Source: Octopus vulgaris (lineage: Eukaryota). Taken from it: a DNA stretch of 64,000 nt. Numbering within the stretch: the first letter of the stretch is position 1; each line of letters begins with the position of its first letter. A program made the translations under genes and the position numbers. The notes below the pieces were generated by a model that saw nothing but the letters and a program-made list of their open reading frames with translations, did not search any database and was not told where the DNA came from. Positions 1 through 12,465 of this stretch are shown here, in pieces. The stretch spans positions 11,656,001-11,720,000 of the forward strand of contig OX597829.1 of NCBI GenBank assembly GCA_951406725.2, given 5' to 3'.

Positions 1-133
1 CGGCAAAAGAGACTGATAGAATAAGTACTGGGCTTACAAAGAATAAGTTCCGGGGTCGATTTGCTCGACTAAAGGCGGTGCTCCAGCATGGCCGCAGTCA
101 AATGACTGAAACAAGTAAAAGAGTAAAAGAGTA
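1..133 (+). mobile_element. tRNA-derived SINE family 1, 3' end (cut by window edge)
   Basis: ggtgctccagcatggccgcagtcaaatgactgaaacaagtaaaagagtaaaag matches the 3' end of fuller copies at 9668-10016 and 35229-35594. Confidence 0.85.
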
Positions 134-173
134 ACAGTTTTAAACTACTTTTAAAGCAACATCTTTTATTACA

Positions 174-321
174 AAGTCAAAAGTCTGAAGGTGCCATCTT
201 CCAAAAGATCATCATCATCATCATCGTTTAACATTCAACCCATGCTAGCATGGAAAGCGGACGTTAAACGATGATGATGATGATGATCTTTTGGAAGATG
301 GCACCTTCAGACTTTTGACTT
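174..321. repeat. Perfect ~59-bp inverted repeat with a 30-bp spacer that is an RTE 3' terminus
   Basis: 174-232 is the reverse complement of 263-321; the spacer plus (gat)n matches the RTE tail at ~9033-9076. Confidence 0.9.
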
Positions 322-1462
322 AGATGTTACTGTAATTTCTTCTCAACATAAATTCTTCATGCCTGAATTTACACTCTTCAATTCATGTTTAGCTTTTATC
401 TGGAAAAACAAAAAAAAAAGTGCATTAACCATCACTACCACCACCACCAACAACAACAACAACAACAACAGTTCCATTTATTAATCTTTATTTTGTTCTA
501 ACCCAAATCATCTCTGTCTCGAAACAGAACATAATAATTCACTGCTGTTAACCATTCCTGTCAGTAATTCCACAATACTTTTAGTCTCTCTCTCTAAATG
601 GAGCAAAGCTAATCCATCAAATGAGAACAGGTGTGGGGCAGGGGAGTTGTGGGGGAGGAGAGGAGGTAAAGGAGAAAGTTTGTGTACACAACTAGAAATC
701 ATTAACAAATATTGACAGATACACACAAAAAAGAATTTATCTGCTGGCAAGAAGAAAAAAAAACAACAGCAAAAACAAAAACAACAAAACGAACAAGATC
801 AATAACAAAACGTCGCAAAAAAACATCCAACAAAAACTACAAGATAAATCAAAACAAAAAAAAGAAAAACATGGTTAATATTGATAGAAAATGGACAAAA
901 AGAAACAACCAAATAAGGATAACCAAATGAGTCAAGAAGAAATATAATGAAGAGAATGATAGAGAGAGAGAGGGTGAGCTAAAGTGAGAGAGAGAGAGAG
1001 AGGGAGTAAGATAAAGGAAGAGAGAGAGAGAGAGATGACTTTGATTTAATTAATATGAAATAAGTTTACATCTGTGCCAACATAACTGTTTCACATCTTC
1101 ATAGATACCGAGGTGCTCATTTGGAATGAAAAAAACATCAACAACAACAACATGATGACCCAAAAAAATATCGGCAACAACAAATAATAATGATTAAAAA
1201 AAAAAGGCAAACAAACAATGAAACAAAACATAACAACAACAACAATCATCAGTATGACTCCCACCGCTGCCATCTCCGATGCGTGCCATGGCGCCACCGA
1301 CTGCAAACTTCCTCGGTTATTAAGAACCACTTATATTTCATCAACTTACATTTTCTTCGACATCCAATTATCATCACTTACTTCATCTTAAATCATCATT
1401 TAGGATGACATTAGTAGTTTCTCTTTGAAATTAAACCATTCCCATAAATTCAAGAAGACTTT

Positions 1463-1482
1463 TCATCATCACCACCACCACT

Positions 1483-1573
<91 letters not shown>

Positions 1574-1589
1574 CTCATTATCATCATCG

Positions 1590-1646
<57 letters not shown>

Positions 1647-2050
1647 CTAACATCATCAATGTCGTTGTCGTTATTATCATTATTATTGTGGTTGTTGTTG
1701 TTATTTCTGCAGTTTATGTTTGTTACAGTTAGTGTTGTTGTAAATGACGATGATGATGATGACAATGGTGATGATAACGATGATAATGATGATGATCAGG
1801 ATGAGGATGGTGGGGGGAGTGTGCTGTTCTTGTAGTTCTTGTGACCAGAGAAGACTTTTCAATTATCATTATTACTGCAGTTAATGACGTTGTTGTTGCT
1901 GTTGTTGTTGTTGTTGCTGTTGTTGTTGTTGTTGTTGTTCTTCTTCTTCTTCTTCTTCTTCTTCTTCTTCTTCTTTTTCTTCTTAAGGTAGTGGTTGTTG
2001 TTGATGTTATGATTGCTGTTGCTGTTATAATCATCATTGTGGTGGTGGTG
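1463..2050. repeat. Compound trinucleotide microsatellites (CAT)n, (GAT)n, (GTT)n, (CTT)n
   Basis: Directly visible; source of the poly-H/S/D/V/L ORFs. Confidence 0.95.
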
Positions 2051-2284
2051 AAAGAAGACTTTTAGAGATTAACAAACCAATAAATTTGTTTGTAGTTACC
2101 ATGAAATGAAAAAAATAAGCACGTTCAAGATACGTTTGTGTCTATGGTGTCTCTATACGTCATTATGATATTGCTTGGTGGGTAATGCTAAATATAACAA
2201 CAAACAATTCCACCAATGTTAGTGAGATTAGTCAAAACTCTTTATAGTAGTGTCTGTCATCTCTTCTATCATTAACATAACAGC

Positions 2285-3060
2285 TTCTGACCATCAAAAG
2301 CAAACTCAGACATCATAACAACCACTGACCATCAAAGGAGCCTCTGACCATCACAACAACCACTGACCATCAGAGCAACCACTGACCACCAAAGCAATCA
2401 CTGGCCATCAAAAGAAGACTCTGGTCGTCACAACATTCACTGACCATTAAAAAACCTCCAGCCATCAAAATCCTCTGACCATCATAAAATTTCTAAGTAT
2501 CAAAATAACATCAGGTCATTACAACCACTGACCATCAAAAAAACCTTTGACCATCATAACAACCACTGACCATCACAACAACCACTGACCATCACAACAA
2601 ACACTGACCATCACAACAACCACTGACCATCACAACAACCAATGACCATCACAACAAACACTGACCATCACAACAACCACTGACCATCACAACAACCAAT
2701 GACCATCACAACAAACACTGACCATCACAACAACCAATGATCATCAATGGCCACCAAAAGAAAACGCTGGCCTCACAACATCCACTGACCATTGCAGCAA
2801 CCACTGACCATTAAAAAACCGCCAACCATAAAAAAGCCTCTGACCATCAAAAAACTTCTAAGCATCGAAATAACATCAAGTCATTACAACCACTGACCAT
2901 CAAAAAAAGCTTTGACCATCACAACAACCACTGACCTGCTGATAATACAACAACACTTGCAGTGAACACAGGCACATCAACCATCTAAACAACACCCTCT
3001 GACATGCCATTATCAAAACAACCACTGACCTACAATTACAACAACCATTGACAGACCAAT
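2285..3060. repeat. 19-bp minisatellite (accactgaccatcacaaca) with higher-order duplication
   Basis: Near-perfect 19-bp period at 2560-2740; diverged block ~2400-2570 recurs at ~2748-2935. Confidence 0.9.
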
Positions 3061-3303
3061 AACACCATGACAACCACTCGTGTACCATTGCTATACCCTG
3101 AAATACAATTACCATAACAAGAGCTAGTCTACCATTACTACAACATTGCCTACCATTACTACAACAACCACTACCCTACAATTACCACAACAAATTCCTG
3201 ACATACTACTACTACTACTACAACCATTGGCATTTCACTAATACCACAACAACCACCAACATGCCATTACCTCGACAACCAGACATACGGTTACCATAAT
3301 AAT

Positions 3304-3606
3304 TACCCAGGACCATCCAGAAGTACAACGATCGCTACTTTTATTTAATGGTTTAGCAAATCCATATTAAATTCATGAGGTTCATAAGAAACTGTGTTAT
3401 TTATAATTTTGCTATTCACTACTAAACTTGATAAGCTATAGAAAACTATATAGAAAACTTGATAAGCTATATAGACTTCTATAGCTTATCAAGTTTAGTT
3501 GTGAATAGCAAAATCATAAATAACACAGTTATCATGAATTTAATATGGATTTGCTAAACCATTAAATAAAAGTAGCGATCGTTGTACTTTTGGATGGTCC
3601 TTGGTA
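3304..3606. repeat. Fold-back element with ~130-140 bp imperfect arms
   Basis: 3304-3443 is complementary to 3477-3606 with a few mismatches and one indel; the spacer holds a direct duplication aaacttgataagctata. Confidence 0.9.
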
Positions 3607-3754
3607 TGTTTTTTGCTTGTTGGTTTGTTTTTTTCCTAAAATTTATACCACAACAATCACTCTGCAGCTACTAATAATCTACCGTTACCAGAACAACATC
3701 TGACACACCTCTGCCACATTTGTTCCACATCATTATTCTGAAATACCAGGCAGA

Positions 3755-4130
3755 GATCTGGCAGAATTGTTAGCACACTAGGCAAAATGTTTTCATCGGT
3801 CTTTATGCTCTGAATTCAATTTTGCTAAGGTCAACTTTGTATTTCATCCTTTTAGAGGCAATAAAATAAGTACCAGTTGAGCACTAGTGTTGATATAATC
3901 AATTTCCCTATTTCTCAAGATTACTGGCTTTGTGCCTATAGTAGAAAGGATTATTTTGAAATACCTTTCATAGTAATATTCTTTCCACTTGAGTTCAAAT
4001 CCTACCAAGTTCAACTCTGCCTTTCTTCCTTTTGGAATTGATAAAATAAGGAACCAGTCAAGTACTAGGGTAGATTTAATTGACTAGTCCCCTTCTCCTA
4101 AACTGCTGACCATGGGCCAAAATTCGCAAC
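3755..4130 (+). mobile_element. Two degenerate copies of SINE family 2
   Basis: Motif gtcaactttg..tttcatcctttt...ataaaataagtaccag..gcact shared with 29296-29530 and 22236-22732. Confidence 0.7.
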
Positions 4131-5996
4131 AATATTCTTTCCGCTTGTCTTTAGTCATATGCCAGTATCTATAGCAATAAGTTAAACCTCCAAGACTCTT
4201 CCCCAAGAAAGTACTGCGAGCTACTTAAAGATATTGCAAGCTCTTTCTCATTATTGTACCAAAACATTCATTCTGTTTGTGATCCTTCTTTATCACAAGG
4301 TCACCCATTAGCCAGTGTATATTACCTGAATGAAACAGCAAGGATTTATTTTAATCTCAAGAAAGGTTCCACCCTATGCTCTCTCATCAACCACAACCAT
4401 CTTGAGTTATTTTCTGCTGGTTTGGTTATCTCCACAGTAGCTTTCTTCAATTGTCTGGATTCAAAACCAATATTAAGTAAAAAAAAAAGAAATGGCATGT
4501 TAATATCTTTGAGAAACTGCCAGCCAACTCTAGTGAGGAAAGATGCTGCATGCCATTCTTTAACAAGAGCATTGGGACTTTCTTCAGATGATGAGAGATG
4601 TCAAGTCTGACCTCCCAACCATAGTGAGTCCAGTTACTAAGATACTTTTGAGCTCCTGAATAAAACATCCATGCCTGATAAGAGCGACATTACTGTCACT
4701 TCATCCAGACATGCCAAAAACATTTATGATTTTGTTATATACAAGTATTACTAATAAAACAAGACAGGCAACAGCTTTCTATATTTTTCCTAAATTTTTA
4801 ACTTCAAAACATTTGTTTCTTTTTTTTTTTAACTTTTCATACGAAGTGCACAGTAATTTTTTCTCTTTGATCTCCAATCTTAAAACTGGAAAGATTGAAA
4901 ACTATTAGATCAAAGTTTCCCTCTTTCACACAGCAAATCAAATTGCTTCACTTTCATATTCTTAATTGATTTCACTGCTTATACTCACTAATTGCCAACA
5001 CACAGGCTATCAGATCCCACTGATCACTTTACTGATTGATTTTTTTTTCTGCATTAGACAAAGCCAATTGTCTATCATCTACCAGTTTTGAACCATGGCT
5101 GCTACATGACTTCTCTTATTAACACCCAACGAAATGAATGAAAGATGCTGTCAATTCAATTCTAACAGAATTTGAACTCAGAACAGAGATGAATGAAGTA
5201 ATTTTGACATTCATTAGTAATCCAGCCATTAGTAATCCAGCACCAATTACTGGTACAACTCATTTTTGCCAGTTGAGTGGACTGGAGCAATATAAAATAA
5301 ATTATCTTGCCAGTAATGATGTCAATAAATGAAAACAGACACAAAAAGGTATTGTATTATCTTACATGAGTTGTTTAATATTATTATAATATTTTGGAAA
5401 AGATTCACCTTTTCAAATAGATGAAAGAACATAATCAACAAGTTCAGAAAATGTGTTGTTACTGGTAGACCATCCTTTGATGGATTACTGTATTTATACT
5501 TCTGACTGATTAAGATAAGATTACTGTGTTTATACTTGTGGTTGGTTATGATGGAGATCACACGCATACAAGTGTGAAAAAGATCACCAGACAATAACTG
5601 AATTTCGAAGTTAGTCAGTAAAGTGTTTAAGGAATTTCTTTGTTTATGAACAGGTAGGTTGTACTATAACAGGTAGGTTGTACTAAGCAGTTAGGTATAG
5701 TGAAATATCATGAACAATGCAAGCATCGTGTTAGCTGTTATATTATGATCTTGGTGAGTATTTCTGTACTACACCACCACCATCTGGTCAATCATCATCA
5801 ACTACTTGTTATATTCTATGGTATCTTACTAAGTATTATACTATGAAGCTGTATATTATAATTATATCATTGCATATCCCACACCACAGAACCACATGGA
5901 TCTGAAAATGTGAAACATTGTTACTATGAGTTCTGAGATAACCAAAAAGAGTATTCTCCTGACCAAGCTACCAATTCAGCAGTGCCACTTTACCAA

Positions 5997-6114
<118 letters not shown>

Positions 6115-6359
6115 AATGTTTGTGTGGCCCAGTAGTTAGGATGTTTGCTTCATAATCGTAAAGTTTAATTCCCAGACTAGGGAGTTGCATCGTGATGCTT
6201 CCTTTCTCAGTCTCCGAATCCATTCAGCTGAAAATGAAAGCTAACAACAACATCTAGTAGAGGAGAGAGGCTTAACCTTGTGGTAGGCCAGTGCCCAGTC
6301 TAAGGGAAAGGCTTGTATACTCCCAAAGTACTTAACACCTCAGGAAGCTTATGGAGTTT

Positions 6360-6742
6360 AATAGTAGAGAGGAACAGGACAAGAACAGTGGGGGTGGCTA
6401 GAGATGAAGCTTAGGGGAGGATGAGGAAGTGAGAAGGTGAGGAGGATGGAAGAGAAAAAGGGAGTGGAAGATGTACAGTTGAGAAGAGGAGGGAATAGAG
6501 AGGAAGAGAGTGGAAACATGGGAGGTGGGAGATGAGATAGGGAAGGGGCGAAGATAGGGGAAGAGAAAGAGAGGAGGAGAGGGAGTGAAGGATGCAGGGT
6601 AGGGAGGAAGAGGAGGATGCAGGATAGGGAAAGGAGGGGCAGAGGAGGGGCAAAGAGGAGGAGGAGGAGAAGAAGAAGAAGAAGAAGAAGAAGAAGAAGA
6701 AGAAGAAGAAGAAGAACAACAACAACAACAACAACAACAGCA
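6360..6742. repeat. Purine-rich low-complexity tract ending in (GAA)n(CAA)n
   Basis: Directly visible. Confidence 0.85.
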
Positions 6743-7652
6743 ATAAGGAACACCAACCAACCAACCACTTAGTGAACCACAAACTCCCTCCTGAGGACAA
6801 AAAGAAAAAAAAAATTGTCCAAACAAAATAGCAGAAATTATGATAATCTAAATGAAATTTGAAATATTTAAATAATAAAGCTTATGGCTATTTCTCAGAA
6901 TGGCAGGACTAATTTCATATATATACATTTTTCAATATTTGTGTTATAATACAAAAATTGTGCACTAAAAAAAATCAGTATATGAAATTTGAGCAGAGGA
7001 GATTTAAAATAAACCTTCCTTATATACTTACAACATATTGTTTGGTAAATCTATTCAAAATCACTTTTTCTTCTTTTCTTCTTTTTTTTTTTGTCAAAAA
7101 CTTAGCTTAGCTTCAAATAACTCACATGGGATAGTATTTTTTTTTCTTTTAATTTAAAACCTAATGAAGTTGGCTATCAAGTGGCTATTTATTCCTACGA
7201 GAATCTATTATTCTAAATAGCTTTCAGACTATTACCCAAAATCAACAGTAGAAAGGAAGGATAGAATTTCAGTGAAAGATACTTAGATAAGACCACCATT
7301 ACTTGCATCAATAATTCTCCGTCTTGGTATTCTTTCCAACTGTTCCACCCTGTTGAATATACTTTTACACTAAATAATTATTATCAAGTATTGACTGTCA
7401 TTTCTGTGGCTTTTCATGTTTCTTTTTTGGTTTTATTTGCTTTTAGTTTTAAACTTTTATGGAACATATTTCTTTCGTTTTTATTTTTATTTGTTTTTTA
7501 TCTTCTTTTTTTTGTTTATTATTGTTAATAATAATATTATGTATCCGCTGGTCTTCTGGTACTTGAATGGGCGGTTCTATAGAATCAGAAATACTTTCCC
7601 TCATTTCAGCTATTTTTCATCAACAAACAAACAAACAAAACAATCACTCATT

Positions 7653-7713
<61 letters not shown>

Positions 7714-8010
7714 GTTCTCTCTCGTTTTTCTTTACTTTTCTTTTTCTTGCTTTTAATTTTTATCTTTTTTTTTCCGTTTTCCTTCTTTCAGCAATTTGAC
7801 TGTGGTCATTCTGGGGCACTCTTTGAAAGGTCTAGTCAAACAAATTCATCCCTGTACATGTTTTTAAACCGGGTATTTCTTGTTCAATCAGTATTTTTTC
7901 CCAAACCACTAAACTACAGGGACAAACCACCAAATGTTGCTAACCTGATATGAATATCAAACACAAAGATACACACACACACATATATATATAATTATAT
8001 GTGTGTATAT

Positions 8011-9076
8011 GGGTCTCTTGCTCAGAGTGAAAGGTAGATTGTACGATACATGTGTGTGAACTGCCATGCTTCACGGCAGTGAAACATGGGCTGTAACTGC
8101 AGAGGACATGCGTAGGCTTGAAAGAAATGAAGCAAGCATGATCCGCTGGATGTGTAATGTCAGTGTCCATGCACGACAGAGTGTTAAGTGCCCCGAGAGA
8201 AATGTTGGACATAAGAAGCAGTGGACGTGGCATGCAAGAGAGACGTCTGTGCTGGTATGGTCACGTACTATGGATGGATGAGGAGAGAGGTGTGAAGAAG
8301 TGCCACTCTCAAACAGTTGAAGGAATCTGGGGTAGAGGTAGACCCAAGAAGACATGGGACGAGGTGGTCAAGCATGGCCTACATACGTTGAGCCTCACAG
8401 AGGCTATGACGAAAGACCGAGACCCCTGGAGATATGCTGTGACTTTGAAGATTCGACAAACGAAGTGAGTTCATGGCTTGCAGGACGGCCTGCTGCGCTT
8501 GAGGAGACCTATTGTATCAAGTTCATCAACATCAAAATAAAAATCGTATGGATATTGTAGTTGTCATACCCGTGCCGGCGGCACATAGGGCCTCACAGAG
8601 GAAATGATGAAGACCAAGACCCCTGAGATATGTCCCGACAAATGAAGTGCGTTCATGGCTCGCAGGACGGCCTGCTGTGCTAACGTTGGATCGTAGAGTA
8701 ACCCGCTGTTCTTGAGGAGACCTATTGAGTCAAGTACGTTAACACCAACATCAAAATGAAAATCAAATGGAAATTGTAGTTAAGACACCCGTGCCGGTGA
8801 CACGTAAAAGGCACCGCCTGACTGGCGTCCGTGTCGGTGACACGTAAAAGCACCAACCGATCGTGGCCGTTTGCCAGCCTGCTCTGGCCCCTGTGCCGAT
8901 GGCATGTAAAAAATACCCACTACACTCATGGAGTGGTTGGCGTTAGGAAGGGCATCCAGCTGTAGAAACACTGCCAAATCAGACTAGAGCCTGGTGCAGC
9001 CTCCATGGCTTACCAGACTGCGGTCGAACTGTCCAACCCATGCTAGCATGGAAAATGGACGTTAAATAATGATGAT
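8011..9076 (+). mobile_element. RTE-clade LINE, 5'-truncated 3' fragment with frameshifts
   Basis: LHGSETW..., LCWYGHV, GRGRPKKTWDEVV peptides; 3' end ccatgctagcatggaaaatggacgttaaa(tga)n; same family as 41721-44455. Confidence 0.9.
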
Positions 9077-9153
9077 ATATATATATATATATATAATTAT
9101 GAGTATAATTATAATTAGGGTTCAGCAAAAAAAAATATATATATATATATATG

Positions 9154-9185
<32 letters not shown>

Positions 9186-9366
9186 TGTATATTCTTTCTC
9201 TGTTTATTTCCTCATGTTCCTTTCTGTTGAAGAGTGTACGCTCAAAACATAAAAGACTTTCTCATTTTCACAAGTGTGAAATTAATACACCTGCTTGTTG
9301 TTCATACACCTGTCTTCATCTGTAAATTTCAAGTATATGTATGTGTGAGTGCATATATATATATAA

Positions 9367-9608
9367 GTTCAGCAAAATTTAGATTCAGATGAATATGGTA
9401 CTTAAGTCAAAGGCACCAGAATTTTGTATGGTATATAAATCCATATAAATCCATGGGGTGATTATAATCAAAATAAGCAACCAGTATATCCGAGGTAATG
9501 TGGTACAATCATTTCATGCTACTATGTAATACTTACAGTGTTTAATAAAATGAAGTAGCATGAAAAGATTGTACCACATTACCTCGGATATACTTGTTGC
9601 TTATTTTG

Positions 9609-9614
<6 letters not shown>
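9367..9614. mobile_element. Repeat family B copy with inverted 3' segment (Penelope-like architecture)
   Basis: 9463-9523 is complementary to 9554-9614; homologous to 13535-13753. Confidence 0.75.
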
Positions 9615-9667
<53 letters not shown>

Positions 9668-9673
<6 letters not shown>

Positions 9674-10016
9674 TTCTCTTTCTCTTTTACTTGTTTCAGC
9701 CCTTTGACTGCGGCCATGCTGGAGCACCGCCTTTAATCGAGCAAATCGACCCCGGGACTTATTCTTTTGTAAGCCCAGTACTTATTCTATCGGTCTCTTT
9801 TGCCGAACCGCTAAGTAACGGGGACATAGACACACCAGCATCGGTTGTCAAGCAATGCTAGGGGGACAAACACAGACACACAAACACACACACGCATATA
9901 TATATATATACATATATACGACGGGCTTCTTTCAGTTTCCGTCTACCAAATCCAATCACAAGGCTTTGGTCGGCCCGAGGCTATAGTAGAAGACACTTGC
10001 CCAAGGTGCCACGCAT
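9668..10016 (-). mobile_element. tRNA-derived SINE family 1
   Basis: Near-identical to 35229-35594; caccttgggcaagtgtcttc core and gtaaaaga-type tail on the minus strand. Confidence 0.9.
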
Positions 10017-10067
10017 TGGTATATATATATATATAAATTAAGTAAAGATAGTTGTGACCATTATAGC

Positions 10068-10216
10068 CCATTATTTACATTATTTACATTTGACAGATAT
10101 CTGTCCTCATCTTGTTTGTTGTTAACACAACGTTTCGGCTGAAATACCCTCCAGCCTTCATTAGGTGTCTTGGGGAAATTTTGAACCTGGGTTCTCATTC
10201 CTAAGGTATTTTTCGA

Positions 10217-10268
<52 letters not shown>

Positions 10269-10274
10269 TATTAA

Positions 10275-10357
<83 letters not shown>

Positions 10358-10480
10358 TCACTGCCTGGAATCAAACTCGGGATCTTCGGGTTAGTAGCCT
10401 GCACTCTTAACCACTACGCCATATGCCCGTCAAACATAAATAATGTACATAATTCCTCATCTCATAAATATAAAACTATA
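10068..10480 (-). mobile_element. tRNA-headed hammerhead SINE-like element (family A)
   Basis: Minus strand: A/B-box head 10356-10428, (AAT)n, HHR at 10124-10169 (core mutated to CTAATGA); inverted 3' tail at ~10428-10480. Confidence 0.8.
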
Positions 10481-11024
10481 CCAATTTATAGTGTTATTTT
10501 TATCTAATTACTCTTCTGCTCTATAACTCAGAGTGTATTTCTCTTTCTGATTTATATATGATGGGCTTCCACACAGTTTCTGTATAGAAAATTCACTTAT
10601 AAAGCACTAGTCCACCTGGGGCTACAGTAGAAGACACTTACCCAAGGTGCTGTGCAATGTAACTGAACCGCATGGTTACAAACCAAGCCTCTTAACCACA
10701 CAGCCAAAAGAAAAATCCCTAATTCTAACATAAATAGATAAGACACCACAATATATTTCAGAGAAATTAACAGTCTCAATAAAATAATTGTCCCTACGTA
10801 CATGACTGGTACTTATCTATTGCACCTGGCTGTCAGCCTAGGTCGGATTTGAATTCAGAATGCCAAAATGCAAGCGTGACTGTGGTAAGAAGCTTGCTTC
10901 CCAACCACATGGTTCCAGGTTCTGTCTTACTGCATGTCACCTTGAGCAAGTGTCCTCTACTATAGTCACAGGCTGACCAAAGCCTTGTGAGTGGATTTGG
11001 TAGATGGGGATTGAAAGAAGCCTG

Positions 11025-11093
<69 letters not shown>

Positions 11094-11119
11094 TATATGT
11101 ATATGTATATATGTATATG

Positions 11120-11153
<34 letters not shown>

Positions 11154-11162
11154 GATGGATGA

Positions 11163-11201
<39 letters not shown>

Positions 11202-11326
11202 CACACACACTTACACACAAACACACACACATACTTACATACATACATGTATACATACCTACATACATACATACATACATACATATATACACACGCATAC
11301 AAATATATATATATATATATATTATT

Positions 11327-11600
11327 ATGGCTGCCCCCTCGTTATCAAGTATGGCCATTGTACGAAGCTTAACTTTTACTGGTGCTGTGATCGAATGTGA
11401 CTTTTTAGCCCAGCCAAAGATCTACAATGTCTTGTACAGAATTGGCAACTAAAACCTTTACCGGTAATAGCCGGTTATAGTTGTAACTGGGCTTCATGTA
11501 CCTTTGCATGTCGTTTAAGTCCTCCTGCCGAATTACACTCTCTTCCACATGCCCGATGATTAGTATGGTGTATTACACCACGACTATATGTTTAGTCACA
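11327..11600 (-). mobile_element. RTE-type LINE 3' end with C2H2-like zinc fingers
   Basis: Minus strand reads ACGRECNSAGGLKRHAKVH...[20 protein letters not shown]; 3' tail catacttgataacgagggggcagccat shared with 40865-40905. Confidence 0.75.
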
Positions 11601-11664
11601 TACATACATACATGCATACATACATACATACATGCATGTATACATACATACATACATACATACA

Positions 11665-11698
<34 letters not shown>

Positions 11699-11719
11699 CA
11701 TACATACATACATACATAC

Positions 11720-12025
11720 ATGGTGGCTGCCCTCTCGTTATCGAGTATGCCCAGGCATCTCAACTAGCAGGTCTCACTATCCTGGACTATTCTGGGTAAG
11801 ACCCAGAAACATGCATGCCTTCAGGTTGCTAGTCCTAGCTGGTGGGGGTGCCTGCCTCCCCTTCGCAAATATAAGGACGCAGGAAATGTGTCAAAGCCGA
11901 CAGGAAGCGTCGATGCTTCCTAGGGCTAAACAGTGGTGGTGTAATTCCCCTATGGGACTGTCACGTTATGTTGACAGTATACAACACTCTATCGCTCCAC
12001 CACCGCTCATGTCTCTTTGAGACAT
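11720..12025 (-). mobile_element. Short non-autonomous element with the same RTE 3' terminus
   Basis: Ends (minus) catactcgataacgagagggcagccacca followed by (tatg)n. Confidence 0.55.
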
Positions 12026-12045
12026 TTAGAAATTCAATATTTCTA

Positions 12046-12094
<49 letters not shown>

Positions 12095-12095
<1 letters not shown>

Positions 12096-12410
12096 CTTAT
12101 AAACAAAGGCAAAAGAAAAAAATTTCTAATGCCAAATATGCTGAAACTAGACATATCGTCCATAACCATATTATTTATCACTACAAGAAGGCATCTTGAA
12201 GAAAGCCGACAGAAATTTCTAAAAAATTCCCTTATTACCATATCGGACCCGATTTCAGAGTTAATTCATAAGAACCTTCTCTTCGTCTGTGATAAATGCG
12301 GCAAAGAAATAAATGAAATACTTACTTATACCCATGAAAGAAGCAAACACTAAGTCATCCGTACAATTAAGTGCCCCAAATATATCCAAAATAGAAATTC
12401 TCCAGCCCAT
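12095..12410 (-). mobile_element. HHR repeat family C, degenerate copy
   Basis: Reverse-complement homolog of ~14925-15250; HHR at ~12240-12295 with core mutated to CAGACGA. Confidence 0.75.
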
Positions 12411-12419
12411 ATATATGTA

Positions 12420-12465
<46 letters not shown>

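Noticed and set aside
1425-2065. Poly-His/Ser/Asp/Val ORFs
   Set aside because: Trinucleotide microsatellite read-through with no domain or splice support
4254-4668. 118-aa and 73-aa ORFs in unique sequence
   Set aside because: No recognisable domain or consistent splice frame
10356-10428. tRNA gene (also heads at 14314, 35530-35594, 59533)
   Set aside because: A/B boxes are present but acceptor and anticodon stems are imperfect and each is fused to a repeat body: SINE heads
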